64,000 nt of DNA from Klebsormidium nitens. Its lineage: Eukaryota; Plantae; Klebsormidiophyceae. Position numbers and translations under genes: made by a program. Each line of letters begins with the position of its first letter. Position 1 is the first letter of the stretch. The stretch lies in contig DF237074.1 of assembly GCA_000708835.1 (NCBI GenBank), forward strand, positions 62,001 through 126,000. The letters run 5' to 3'. Below the pieces are notes generated by a model. That model saw only the letters and a program-made list of their open reading frames with translations, did no database searches and was not told the origin of the DNA. Of this stretch, positions 33,445-46,639 are shown piece after piece.

Positions 33445-36400
33445 TTATTGCTTTCCCGCCGCTAGCTTCGGAGATTGCGGCTCAATCTCAACGTTCTTCG
33501 GGGGCTGGCCATTTGTTGTGCCATTTGGGGCGGCCGTTCCTAGTTGCCTCTCCAGCTCTTTCAAAAAGTCCTCGTACTGATGCGCGTTGGGCTGGGCTCG
33601 CAATGTCCGACTGTATGCTCCCCACACCTTCGTGTCCGCTCGGAAGACTTCTAAGAGGACGTCCTGCCGTCGCAACACCGTCGAGAAGATGAGCGTCCAT
33701 TCCCTCGAGCCGGCCGTCCGCATATGGTACAAAAGGAACTCGGCGTCCGACCGGAGCTTCGGGTTGTCCCCGCCGACCTGCAAAGATAGATCGCTTATGA
33801 TCGACCTGTGACGACCAACGGGCTTCTAACAATCCGTCCCACGAGACGGCTTTGCAGAAACTTCCGGAATAAATCCCCAGCCGGTTAGGTAGAGATAGCC
33901 TAGACATCAATGTGCAGTCTGCACCAAAGCTGCTGCAGCGAATGCTCGCCAAACTCGGCACTCGAATTCCTTTCTGGGCTCGAAGTCTAGCCTTCCGGAC
34001 TCTTTTGGCCCTCGACCGGGCTCACACCTCGACAGGAACATCTGCCCTAAAACACTTCTTAACCCGAAACGGCTGTCTACCATGTTTCAAAATCCGTTTG
34101 GTACCCCACCTTGCTCCGTATGCTCCGAAGCGCGGAGGGGAAGTCCTCTGCGCGGGCTGCGCGGGCGCGATCCGACTGCAGGAACTCGACGAAGTCGAAC
34201 TGCGTGCCCTTGATGAAGGCCACCAGCTCCGCCAGCTCCTTGCGCTGCATCAGGGCCACCGCATGGTCGCCCAAGATGTGCTTCACCGTCGCGTGCAGCA
34301 CGTCCGCGCGCACCTGCGGGGGAGATCAACCGTCAACAACTTGCTTCCAATGGCAAGGTTTGAGGCAGAGACAATCCCCCGGTCAAATGCTGGAGCTTTA
34401 ACATTGTGGGCAGCGCCGCGCATACCTGCGGTTGAGATTATTGAAAAACGGGTTTGGAGCTTGGGGTGCTGCTCGGCAGACGCTGTCCTTCTTTGAGAGT
34501 CCGCTGCGGGTTTTCACCGTCGCTTGCAGAGTTCGGCGCGCACCCGCAGCTGAGACTGTTATGCAATAGATTTGGAGCTGAGAAAGCTGCTCGGCAGACG
34601 CAATTCTTTGTTGGACACTGAGCTGCAGATATTGGCAGTCGCGTGTAGCACACCTACGACTATCCTTGAGGTTTCTCCAAAAGGTTCTTCGATGACGTAT
34701 CCCGGACAGGTAGCAAAACAGACGCCCCCCAAGACTTCGGACTCAGCAGAGCCTAGCAATCCTCAGACTCCAGAGATTTCCGCAACCCCCTAGCGCACCT
34801 GCGGGGACGCGCTGGTGAAGCCGAAGCGGAAGAAGGACTTGAGGATCCCGTCGTCCTTCTCGTCCTCGCGCCCGCTCGCGCTGTAGTCGCGCCCCGACCG
34901 CAGCAGGAACCGAACCAGCTCGCCCGCCAGCTCGTACAGCGACACCGTCAGGCACGTCTGCAAGAAACCCAAGAAAGATGGTAATCAGCTCATACCCACC
35001 CTAACCACCGAACTAACTTACCCGTCCCACTTGCAGTTACCTTGTTGTTATGTCGGCTTATCAATATATTTCGTGTGTTCAATCACGTCTGCGGGGCGGG
35101 GCACGGCGGGCAGGCGTCAGGGGTGACGTCATCCACCAGCAGGAGCAGAGTAGTCCTCAAATTGCTGGCGCGCCCTTTCATTGCGGAGCCTGACGTCTTG
35201 AAGTAGGATCATGTCGAGAGGAAGCACAAGCCTCCTTATTGCGAGGGAAAAGTGGAGTGCTGGAAGCGCGAGCCTGAACTCAGGCGCTGAGGTCCGTTGA
35301 AACAGGAACTGCCCATGGAAGCAGGAGTAGAAGTGGGCGACTGTAGCAGGAAAAACGACAGGACACACGCGGGACTTCCCTGCGAACCCATGGAATTTGA
35401 GTCAATTCGAGCGTTTCACCTGTAGGAGCCGTAGTGCGTTCCGCTGGCCCATGGTGGGCCCGTCCAGCTTTTCGACCACCAGGATGTAACACGTGGCAGT
35501 CCGGTACTGCTTCCGTTTTAGGCACTCCTCGAACAGCCTGCACAATGGAAACAGGTCCAGTTTAACGCAAAAAGCTTCCGCGCCGCACCTTGTCAGTTTG
35601 CATTCATTTCGGAACCTGAATTAAGAGTCTGACTTTGGTTCTTCAGAGGTTCTCACCTCAAAAGCAAGACGAAAAGTGAAGAGAAAAAGGAAAGGTCTTC
35701 CGAGAAGCGAGTTTAGGCAGATGTTGGGACTGCGTGCTTGAGGAGTCGACAATGATATCTTGGTATCGTTCTGACCCAAAACTTGGCAGAATCAACCGGT
35801 CAAACACTCCTAAAAGTTAGAACATTCCGCTGCGACGGCGGCCCACACAACCCTCATCGTGGCACCCAGCCAACCCCGAAACACACCGAACTCCACTCTC
35901 GCCACTCACTCCGTCGACTTTCCCGCCGCCGCAAACAGCTCCGCCCAGTGCCGGCTGTCCGTCTTGCGCGCCACGCTCACAACCACGTCCAGAAACTCGG
36001 GGAAGTGCCGGATCAGGTCGCACGCACGCTGGAGCATCGACTGGCCCGGCGGGCGGCCCTCCGGTGGGGGGGGTTTCCCGGGGGGCGTCTTGCCCCCCGG
36101 CCGGCCCGCCTGCTGCGCCTTGAGCGCGGCTTTCCGGCGCGCGGACGCCTGGGCCATCTCGGCGTCGAAGACGGTGAAGAGGAGCCATTCGAGGGAGTGG
36201 GAGAAGTGGGGGCGGCTCGCGGAGAGGCGCGCCAGCTGGACGGCCTCCTCGAGAGCGCCGCGCTGCAGGTGGAAAAGGTTCGAAGCTTGAAGTGTAGGAT
36301 GGCAAAGTGAGAATTCCAAGCGGAACAGGACTTCTGAGTACTGAGAAGGCCTGCCATGTTGAGCAGACAATGGATTTAGAAAGGATGTTTTCCAATAAGT

Positions 36401-39400
36401 GAAGGAGAGGGAGGAATGGAAACAACGGAGACGTTCTTGACACGCTGAAGGGGATAAGTAGTGGAGGTTGGTTTCCAGGTAATCGGCCGAGGGCAAAAAA
36501 GTGCACGGCAACGAAACGAGCCTCGTTCCGGGAATCAGCAGATCTGCTTGTAAAACAGGAAGTATGAAGGAGCCGTGCTGTCATCTCGTTCTTCGTACGG
36601 CGTCAAAGCACACAGAGCTGCAAGCGTGCACTTATCAACGAAGTCGCAGCGAAACGGATGACCATCCTAAGAGCGGCTTCAGCAACCACAGCGTAGCGTA
36701 AGGACCCTTCCGTTTGGGGGCAAACTACACCCCTTAAGCCCGTCAACGCCTGTGATCTCAAATCCCCAGAACCCTTCGATCCCGGATCCTTACACCCGGC
36801 TCACCTGTAGCAGGTGTCGCAGCAGGCACGGCAAAATGGGTTGCGCCTGTGGGATGGGCTCGAAGCAGGGCATGTCCGAGCACGCGGAGAGGGCGAGGCG
36901 CTGCGAGATGCCGACAATGACGCCCGCGGCGGGGGACACGCCGAGCGGGTACACCTCGCGGTCGAAGTCGAGCTCGGGGTCCAGGCGGTCCAGGTCCGTG
37001 CTGCTGGTGCTGGTGTCCGCGGGGCTGGACGGGTACCACACCTGGGGGGGAGAATTAGGGTTTGAGATAGCAGGGTTTGATACTTTTGGCCGCAGGGTTG
37101 GACGGGGTACCACCTGGAGGGAGGTTCACTATTTCGAGATTGTAGACTTCCATGGTTTTAAGATCTAGTAGCCGGATGCTGGGGAGAGACCCTAGAAGAT
37201 TTTGCCTTGTAGAGCTGAGAGATTGGCAGGGACAAGAGAGGTACCACAACTACAAAGAGAGTTAAGATGCGAGATTCGTGAGGTCTCGGGGCTTTTTGAG
37301 CAGAAGATGTTCAACAGCTGTGAAGGAAGGTGGTTCCAACGTCGTAGGGTGCATAGGGGGAGGTGCAGGATATCCATAAGCTTTCTTCTGTCAATGCAGC
37401 AACTTCAACGGTTTGGTTCAGTCGCAGACGACTGGGCGTGCTTGGTCCTTTGAACAATAAGTTCGACAAGGAAAGAGAGAGAGGTCGGGAAAGCCGTCGA
37501 ACTCCCACCGAATCCTACGAACGGGTCCACCCACCTGCATTCCCCGATGGCCGTACGCCCACCACGGCACCTCCTCCATCAGCAGCTCCTCCTCACGCGC
37601 CCGCGCCCCCGTCAGCCAAAAGTGCTCCACGCCCGCCACGAGCGCGCGCTCGCTCCCTCGGTCCAAGTCCAGCAAGCTCAGCTCCCCGTCGGTCCGCAAT
37701 AGCATGCACCGGGTCGGCTGACGTAGCACGGCGTCAGCGGCCTGGTCCCGGATCCCCCCCCCAAGGGGGGCGGGCCCCGAGGGGGCTGCGGACCCCCCCG
37801 AAGCGGAGGACGAGGCCTGGTCCAGCTCGGGGAAGCCGGACGTGGGCACGAACCGCATGTCGATGGGGGGCTTGCGAGCGCTCATAATGGACAGCTCACG
37901 CACCGTGCGGGCCTGAGGAGGGGGGGATAGATAGAAAGATTCAGCAATAGTGCTGAGGGTTGGGCTTTACTGGCGGACAGTGGAAGTGGTTACGTGGGGA
38001 GAGCAAACAAAAGGGGGCAGGGAGACGAGCAGACGAGATGACAAGCAGACGGCCTACCAAAGCGGCTTGCATGTATTCGGTGGGGCTTTATCCTGCCTCC
38101 GAAACAAGATCAATCGAAACCAGGTTCGATCAAGTGTGGGCCAGATCAGCTACTTCTAATGCAAGAGCAAAGGCTGTGATCGTTGTCTATGCAAGCCACA
38201 CCCTTGCAATCAACGGAAGGCCGCCTAAGACCAACATTAGTAAACAAGTCTGCTGCGTAGCCTTCATCGGCGTAAATAAGGTCTGGAATCAAAACTTCAG
38301 TGGCCGGAGACCTAGGCCGCTCACCCTGACCGGCGGCGTGCTGAGCGGCGACAGCTCCCCATCCACGTGGATGTGAAATACCCGGATGTCAAACGGCATC
38401 GTCGCCACCAAAATGTAATCCTGCCACGTGTCCATTGCGATGGGGCGGTCCGGCAGCGGCAGCCGGCACAGCAGGCTCGACTCGTCCAGATGGTAGCGCG
38501 GGTACAGACACAGCTCAAAGGAATTGGTCGCCTCGCGGTGTAAACAGGCTACCACGATGCGCCCCAGCCAGAGGAGCCCCACGCACGCCACCTGCTTCTC
38601 CTGCGCGATGTCGCCGAAGACGCGCCACCTGGCAGGACGAGATTGGGCGGCTGTTGAGTGTGATGAATCCGGAGTTTATAAATGAGCGGGTCTAGATCCT
38701 GTTGCAGTGTGCTTCGATCAATCATCCCAAGTGGAACTGCGGAAACAACTGCTGAGGCGATTGGCCGATCCAGACCGGGCCCCGGCTCTCCGAGAAAGCC
38801 AATAACGAGAGCTAAGTCGCGTTGGCCGTCCCAGCAAATGTTCGATGATAGTCGTTTATATTCGACAATCGAATCTGCTTTGTGAACAAACAGCACGTCC
38901 CGTCCGTCCCTTGCCTTGGAACCCTCTGTCTTCAAGAACCGACTATTAATTGACCTTTCCGACCTCTTCCTGCTTAAAAACCAGGAAGGCGCCTACTCAA
39001 TCCCAGCAATGTGCACTCGTCGCTCACCTCTTTGCACGAATGTTGTACAGAGTGAGGCCACGGCGGCCAGCGATGGCCAGGTAGGAGCCGTCCTCGTTGG
39101 CTGCCACGTGGAGGACGGGCCAATTGGCGGCGAGGTAGTTGCGCGGGACCACCAAGTGCTGCAACTTCAGCTCTTCCTCGTCGTCGCTTTGTACCAGGAG
39201 CACGCGGTCCTCCGCCTATCAAGGGGGGAGAAATGTTGTGTCAAGCGAAGAAGGAGAGAGAAGAAGGTAGGAGCCTGCGGGGGAAGCGAGGGGTCGATCC
39301 ACTTAAAAGGAAAGGGTCTGCAGCGGTCCTCCGCCTACCAGAGGGCGAAGAATTTTGCGTCAACCTAAGAAAGAGAGAGGGGAAGGTAAGGAGATCGCGG

Positions 39401-42400
39401 GGAAAGAGAGGGCTCGATCCACTTAAAAGGAAAGGCTCTGCACCAGTAGCATGCGGTCCTCCGCCTGCGGAACGCGGCAGGGGAGATGACGGTCAGCATC
39501 CGGGATGAGCTAGTAAGAAAAGCAAGAAAACAACAGCTGTCAAACCCTTGGTACGTTAGGAGTTCCCACAAAGTGGAACTGCTCCCGCCAACGGCAAAGA
39601 AGCAAAATCCCTATTTCACAGTCTGTCGTTCTGGTACGACCAACAGCTGTCTATGACGTACAATACCGATGAGCATGAAACCGGTCAGCCTTCAACTTCT
39701 CTCTCTGTATATCCTCGTTCTGCCGCCACCCAAAGGAAACAAAGGCTAGTCAGCTTCCCGAATCATCGTCCCAGCTCTCTTTGGGAGTATTCCGACCCGT
39801 TCCCTTTCTACCTCTTAACAACCAAAGCTTCCTGCCTACTCACCTGCATCAGCTGGAACACCTGCGCGTTCCCCACAACCGGCCGCGTGACACACATCCG
39901 CGCAAACGGAAACTGCACCAGCCGGCTCGCCGACTTTGCCTCCGCCGCCACCAGCTGGTACCCATATTGCCCCCAGGCCAGTCCCCCGACCCCGCCCGCC
40001 ATGGGCTCCGCACTCCTCTTCGAGGGCGTCCGGGGGAACCCCCCGGGCGAGACCGGAGGCAACGCGTGGCTCACACTCCCCTGCCGTATCGTGCACATTA
40101 AACGGCATCCGGACACGGACCACACGGCCAGGCCGCGCTGGCACCACCCGACCGCGAACGCGGCGTTGTCGGGCGTCCACCGGATGCAGGAAACGGGGCC
40201 CGTGTCCTCGACGGAGTAGCCCCAGTCGAAGAGCGCGATGGTGCGCAGGTACGCGGCGTTCTGGGAGAGGTCGAAGAGCTCGACGGTCGCGCGCTGCGAG
40301 CCGACGGCGAGGACCTCCGCGCGGGGACCCACGGCGGCGCAGACCGCGTCGGCGACTCCGACCCATCTGAAGAGAAAGAGAAAGGTATTATTGTGCTATC
40401 GGCGTCGAAGGCTGCTTTTATCCCAGAAACTTGGAGAGTGCCGTGACCGACCGTCCCTCCTCTGCAATGGATCTCACGGAGATGGGGCCCCAACGCAATC
40501 GGCATGCTCGTTCCGCGCCCCCCAATGCATCAGGGCATGCCCGCACCAATGCAGGTGTCGGGTCTCGGGAGGGGGGCAACGCCAGGCGGCAAACAGCTGA
40601 CGTCGAAGCCCGTTTTGATTGCCTCTCATGTGCGATGCAGTAGCCAGCCGTACGGAGGATCTGAAACTTGAAACTTAGTAGTCTCCTGGAAGAAGAAGCC
40701 AATTCACTGAGCCCACACCAGAAGTCGTGCTTTTTGTCCCCCGTAAGACGTTTGTACTTGTTGGGACCTGACTCCTGAGAACTCGCTGCCCTCAGACTCT
40801 GCGGAGCCCAGTGACTGGTAATAACTTCGATGCTGCTCTTGGCCAGGAATAGAAATTATAAAAGTACGATGCCCCCAGATCCCCAGAAACAAGCGCACAA
40901 GAAGCGAATATGCGCACCGTTCCGGAACGATCTCGTTCACTGGCCGCAGGCCCCGGCCCCCGCTTGAGCAGAGAACGACGCGCCCGTCCGCAAGCACCGC
41001 TACGAGCAGCTTCAGCTCTCTGCAGTACTCCAGGTCTGCGATGCCAATATCAGGCGCATGACCGTTGGCCCCGCCGGCGCTGGCAGTAGGGGTCTCGTAG
41101 GCGGGGGACTGAGGGGCGATCGGAAAGGCGTTGGCCTCAGGAATAAAGCTGGTGCCGCTGACGTTGTCGGAACCCCCAGCCCAGAGGTCGCTGCTCCCCC
41201 GGAGCTGGAGAAGGAGTTTGACGGGGGAATGAGATCCGTAGCTGTTGCCGGCACCTGATCATGCGGCATCGGCCCAGACCCCGCTAATACACTACTGAGA
41301 GGTTTGTGCTCCTGATGAAGCATCAAAGCAAAAGAGCAAAAATCTGTATGCCTAGAACACAGACCTGAAGGCAGGGCAGGCGGGAGGGGCATAGCTGCAT
41401 GCTGAATGACATTGCCAGGTGAAATGCAAATGCCTCGTGCTTACCCATGCGTTCCTGAAGGCTGGGATGGCGAACCAAAGCTGGAGAACATGTCCGTGCA
41501 AGAACTTTTGGAAAGGAGTAGGAAGGGAGGTCTATGCTTGAATGAAACACAGAACAGAAGAATTGGATTGGGCCTCTCACCTGGCCCCTCCACGATACCA
41601 GCTGCAGCCTTCCGTTTGAGATCCCAACCAGGAGGTGGTCATCATCTCCAGTAAGTGCGGTGCTGCAGTCAGGTTTGAGATGAGAGTAGTAAGCCGCTGT
41701 GCTATTGTATAGATCCAGGCAACTCTCAAAGCCAGGATAACAAATAATCTACAGTGAGGGGCAGAGGAATAGTTGGGGCGTCTCGACCCCAAAAGTCTCA
41801 CCAATTTGTTGTGCAGCTCTTCCTGAACTTACTGACAAACACGGCCCCATCAGCTTCCGCTGAAGGTCGAGCATGAAATCGCTCTGTGACAGTTGTGAAT
41901 AAGTGAGAAGGCCGTAGGGATGTACTCACCAGCCGGCGCCCTCATCTTGCAGAGGGATGGCCGTCCGCGACCTGAACCTGACGGACACCAGGGGGACTGC
42001 CTGAGAGTCAGCCCCCAACTCCGGGGGGAGCCGCTTGTCAGTGGTTATGACGTCATAGAAGAGGAGGCTGTTGTTGCCAGTCTGCATAGAAGGGGGACCC
42101 AAGGTTTGATTATAACTTTAGGTGGGGGATAAAACTCTCAGTACGGAAGTTGTAGCCCCTTGAGTTTGTAGCTTTCAACTCTTTGGAAAGGGCAGGGGAA
42201 TGTCCCGCACTTGGTCGTTGAGAATGTGATCCATGGGCCAGCACATCTTTGCAAGTATACCACGATCCAAGATGAGTTGAATTCAAACTGTGTGATCAGC
42301 TGCGAACTCCGGTCTCGTAGGTGCCGGCACGAGCTCCCATTCTACATGAAGCATCTGAGTATTCGAGTAGATGACAGGATTCATGTGCAAGGAGTGGACC

Positions 42401-43071
42401 ACTGCAAAGCCCCTTCTTGATTACAACCTAATGTGCCTTGAATTGTTCATCACTCACCAGCACAGCTAGAGTGGAGGCCGCCTCATTGAATGAAGCGCAC
42501 TCGTTAGCCCCATCCTGCTCCAGCGACTCCGCCTCTCGCGCAACCTCTCCAATCTTCACACGATGCTGCACAAGAATGATGTACACCAAATACTAACTTG
42601 CCTGGCGCCATGAAGCAAATATGAATGTCTGTGATGAGGTCATCAGTGGTGATGCCTGCTGCGAACGTACGGTTTTCAAAGTAGTGCAGGATACATGAGG
42701 TTAATAGATTGAGGGAGAAATTGGTGTTCCAACAGAGGGCCACTGCGGCTTAGTGCACACAACAGGGGGAATCACCAATCCTTAAGACGAATGCTTAGCA
42801 GCTAAGGAGTTCGATGAGATCACTCAAAAATTGCTCCGCTCAAGAATCATCAGAGTGTGCCGGATGTGTGATGGAAGGTGACTGGAATGCTTGGTGCAAG
42901 ATAGAAGAAGTTACGCGCCCAGCGCACCTGCCCCGCCGTCCAAATTTGGATCACGGTCGACGTCACCAGCACCAAGTACTCTCCCACCGTGCAGACACTC
43001 ACAACCAGCTCCCTGTGAGTGCTGTGATCAACTGCTCTAAGCAACTTTGGCCAGCCATATGCGAAATACAT
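33445..43071 (-). CDS. RIC1: RIC1 homolog (RAB6/Ypt6 GEF complex subunit; WD-like plus RIC1 domain), 15 exons, about 1189 aa
   Basis: Exons 43071-42928, 42565-42458, 42081-41930, 41662-41581, 41204-40918, 40366-39844, 39215-39028, 38628-38325, 37912-37535, 37041-36805, 36262-35910, 35537-35420, 34957-34799, 34313-34110, 33777-33445, all phase-consistent. Motifs: MYFAYGWP, WTPDNAAFAVGW, YPRYHLDESSLLC, LDPELDFDREVYPLG, PHFSHSLEWLLFTVFD, VARKTDSRHWAELF, LYELAGELVRFL, LVAFIKGTQFD. Confidence 0.95.
34282..34660 (-). repeat. Four-copy decayed tandem array of the RIC1 exon-14 acceptor junction in intron 13 (period about 110-118 bp)
   Basis: Exon start ttcaccgtcgcgtgcagcacgtccgcgcgcacctgc (34282) recurs as ttcaccgtcgcttgcagagttcggcgcgcacccgc (34512), as cgcgcatacctgcgg (about 34417) and as gtcgcgtgtagcac (34638). 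Intronic 16-mer gctgctcggcagacgc at 34468 and 34586. Confidence 0.9.
37017..37258 (-). repeat. Decayed copies of the RIC1 exon-10 acceptor junction in intron 9 (period about 73 bp, plus a fainter third copy)
   Basis: ccgcggggctggacgggtaccacacctgggggg (37017) versus ccgcagggttggacggggtaccacctggaggg (37090); third remnant ggtaccacaact at about 37240. Confidence 0.8.
39204..39480 (-). repeat. Triplicated RIC1 exon-7 acceptor junction in intron 6 (AG-to-AG 119 and 130 bp)
   Basis: gcggtcctccgcct at 39204, 39323 and 39453. Units 1 and 2 also share tcgatccacttaaaaggaaagg. All three copies keep an AG (39216, 39335, 39465). Confidence 0.95.
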
Positions 43072-44177
43072 ATTTGCAGTTGGGCACGGGGTTGCACCGG
43101 CACATTCTAGATCACAAGAAGCATCTGTCCTGGGGGCAGCTCTGGAGCAGGCTCAAGCGCTTACGACAGAAGGAGCCTTCTCAATGGTGATTTAGCCTAG
43201 GTTTAGAGTCAGATTTGAGATGCCCGCAGTCGCCTCGCTCTTAGATAAAGATAAACCTCTCTTTTCCAGATTGCATGTGCGGAGGCTTTCCCTTTGGACA
43301 CTTGGAAAGATGAGCTGGTGCGCAACTCATATGATTGTGAAACGTTGGTCCAACTACCAGTAGAATAGAGAAGTTTACCGCCCTTCTTCCTTCCTCTTGG
43401 CCAAGATTAATATGAAGGATGCTTGCACGCCTCTCGCCTGTTCTCTAGCTAGAGCGTGGCTGTGTCTTGAACGTGCCACCATTGATGGCAATTTGATGCA
43501 CATTGGAACGTGAAATTGGAAGACAGAAACCTTTCATTCTTGGGAAGATTTGGTCAATGTCTGAATGCTTATATTTAAGTCTCATGCGAATATGTATCTC
43601 GAAGACATCACATTTGGCAAATCGACGATTCGGTAAATCCAAAGGGCTAAGTTCCCGCCGCCGGACGTGGATATCCAGTGTCCACCGTATCACCCTTGTC
43701 GATCATCTTGATGCTGCTTGAGCTTATATGGTCCCTCTCTGGCATATGAGCCTTTTGGCCTCGCCAATTTGCTCGAGATTCGAAGCAGCTCGAAGTTGCA
43801 ACTTGCTGCAGACTCGGTTCACTTTTCTTGGCAGCAACTGTGAACAAGCAAGAAGAAGGCAATTGCAACACGCAGCGAGTTTGGTAGGGCGCCTCCCATA
43901 TGCTAGTTTTTGAAAGAGGCAAAAGCCTTGGGCAATTGGGTCTAGTTTGAAGGAGCAGGTTTAGGATAGCTCAGTTGACGTGGTTGGGACTGGAAGCAAG
44001 CTGCCGCTGCCAGAAATCTAGATTTTGTGAATCTGGAAAGCATTCGCCCACTGGCTCGTTTATGATTCTCTACTATCTACTTCATTGATCAAACCTTCTA
44101 GATCAGCATATCGTTGAATTGTAGGGTCAACATCATCTGCTTATTCACGACATCCGGAAAGTCATTAAAAGCTCCCA

Positions 44178-45428
44178 ATGGGTTACTCACCAGACCCCGG
44201 CTCTTGGCGGAACGCTTTGACATACATATCACCATATGCTTTCTCAGCAGTCGGAATTGGGATAGCGATTGGGATTTCTGTCCTTGGTGCATCATGGTAA
44301 GTTTGAGGAGAAAAGTGAGCACAGGACAGGATTCAAAGTTGTCAATATCAGCGGGTGCTCTCTTTGAATAGGCCGGGCTGTTGATTGGCATAATTCCATT
44401 TGCAGCCTTGAAGCTGCGCAACGCAGATGCTGGTGAGAAAATCTATTGCACAAGCTCAAAGCTCAGAGTAGAGACAGAGATCCTGCACAGGTTCGGTACA
44501 TTTTATGCAGCGCCAGAGACCTTCTGAACATTCCTGTGATTGCAGGGGTATCTTCATCACTGGTAGCAGCTTGGTTGGAGCAGCAATCAAGGTTCCTCGT
44601 ATCACATCAAAGAATCTGATCAGGTGCGGCCTGTTTGCATTTATTGCGTCCCTGAGCTAGAAAGGAAGCTTTAGTTGATTGTTTTGATTGTCCAATACAG
44701 TACCTGAAGCAACTGCTGCAGAAATCGCCTTTGCTTGGAGCCAATGCAAAGTGATACTCTGCATAGGCACGAGCTTCATTGGTTCTTAGGCAGATTGGAC
44801 GCTCAGAATCAGTTTAGAATATCACAAAGTATGTTTATTCCCTGCTGACACCAAAATTGGCTTTCTGTTGCTGTCCAGTGTGATTTTCTGTGAGGCTGTG
44901 GCGATCTATGGGGTCATTGTGGCCATCATCCTCCAAACAAAGCTGGAATCCGTGAGAATGGTGGACGATCGGTGGACGCCAGATGCATTGCGGGCAGGCT
45001 ACTCCATCTTTGCATCCGGGCTGATCGTGGGGTTTGCAAACCTCGTGTGCGGGTAAGTTGCACTGCTATGCCTTGCTCCCATGAGCTTCTAGCTGTGTCT
45101 ACTTGTCACGTCAGCACTTCTTACATAAAGCCTAGTCTGCAACTTCCTTGTTGACTTTTAATCTGAAACCTTCACGCGCTAATGTTTTTTTCCACATGTT
45201 CGAAGTCAGGGTGTGGTCCACTGAACAAGGATGTCCAACGATCTGAATCACGGTTTGTCTGTTTGCAGGTTATGCGTTGGCATCATTGGCAGCAGTTGTG
45301 CCCTTTCTGACGCCCAAAATTCCACACTGTTCGTGAAAATTCTCGTTATTGAGATCTTTGGAAGTGCTCTTGGACTGTTTGGGGTCATTGTTGGCATCAT
45401 CATGTCATCACAAGCTATCTTTGTATAA
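44178..45428 (+). CDS. VHA-c'': V-type proton ATPase proteolipid subunit c'' (VMA16/ATP6V0B family), 4 exons, 176 aa
   Basis: Exons 44178-44296, 44546-44623, 44879-45052, 45269-45428. Motifs: [87 protein letters not shown]. Confidence 0.96.
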
Positions 45429-46639
45429 AGCATAGGCCGTTCTCTAACTTGGTAACTTGTAGCTTTTACTGTTGCGTTTTTGCAATCAGGTAAAAGGCAT
45501 TAAATATGTGCAAGAGGAGGTTTCAAAAGACGCTTTAGCCCGTGAGCATCCATGATCGAAATTTCCATCCATTTCGAAATTGTTGTGAGAAATATTGCTC
45601 CTTGAATCAGTGCGCAAAGTAATGCAATTGCATGTTGCGTCACAACCAGATCGCCAATGCATTTCCTGTTTTAGAAGCTTCTAATCTCGGTCCTAGTAAC
45701 ATTGGATTTCTACTGTATGCTTGGAGATTATGCATGGAGATCTGCATCCGGGCTGCGGGCATGTCCTTAACCAAACGTATACTTGTAGATGGTTGATATA
45801 ACCCAAGGTGTTGAAAGGGCCGCAGCCCTGACAAAGCCAAATCCTTGTAGTAAGCGCCGAAGTGCTACACAATCCAATCAGTGCACCGTCACGTATCATT
45901 GAGTCGGAGCCGCCACCGCAGAATACGATCATTGAACATTCTACCGTCAAGTGCACATATGTGAGATTTTAAAATATAGGTACATGCTAGCATGTATGTT
46001 GACCAATGATTGCATGCCTTGCAATATCACGGTATATATATGCATATTGAGTCCGAGCATTATACGTATACTAAGCTGATCACATATGCACCGCGTACAC
46101 GTATATTTTGTGGCCGGCTGATCGACGCGACGTGTGTGCATCATGATGCGTATATATCATTCTTCTTTGGTGTACATGGCCCAGGCTCATATATCCGTAC
46201 GTACGTATGCAACTTGCTATTGGCTTGAAGACTACATCTTGCAGTATATATTTGCGGCACAACCTCCGCTCGCGAGCGTGGCATCCGACATAGCACGCAA
46301 GGCCGCCTGGGCGGCCCAACTCATGGCAGCCTCAGGCATGGCAGGTGCTGCTCACTGGGGGGCTGTGCGCGATGATATTGATTATGCCTCTGGGTGCGGC
46401 ATGACGAACCGACCATGCATGCCAGGCCAGGCACTGGCAGGTCCAATGCAGTGTGCTTCGCCATCCTGATGCTTGGCACCGTGCATACATCTGGTGCAGC
46501 AAGCCTGAGCGTTGAGTGCTGAGCACATGCAAAGCTCTCAGAAATTGGTTGAGCCAGATGGCTGCTCTAAGAAGCGAAACGAATGATGTACAGTACAGAG
46601 GACGGGTTTGCACGTTGCATTTTACAAGGGTCCACCTAT

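Noticed and set aside
43961-44010. tRNA-like start (gatagctcagttg)
   Set aside because: No acceptor stem pairing and no T-arm GGTTCGA motif at the proper distance.
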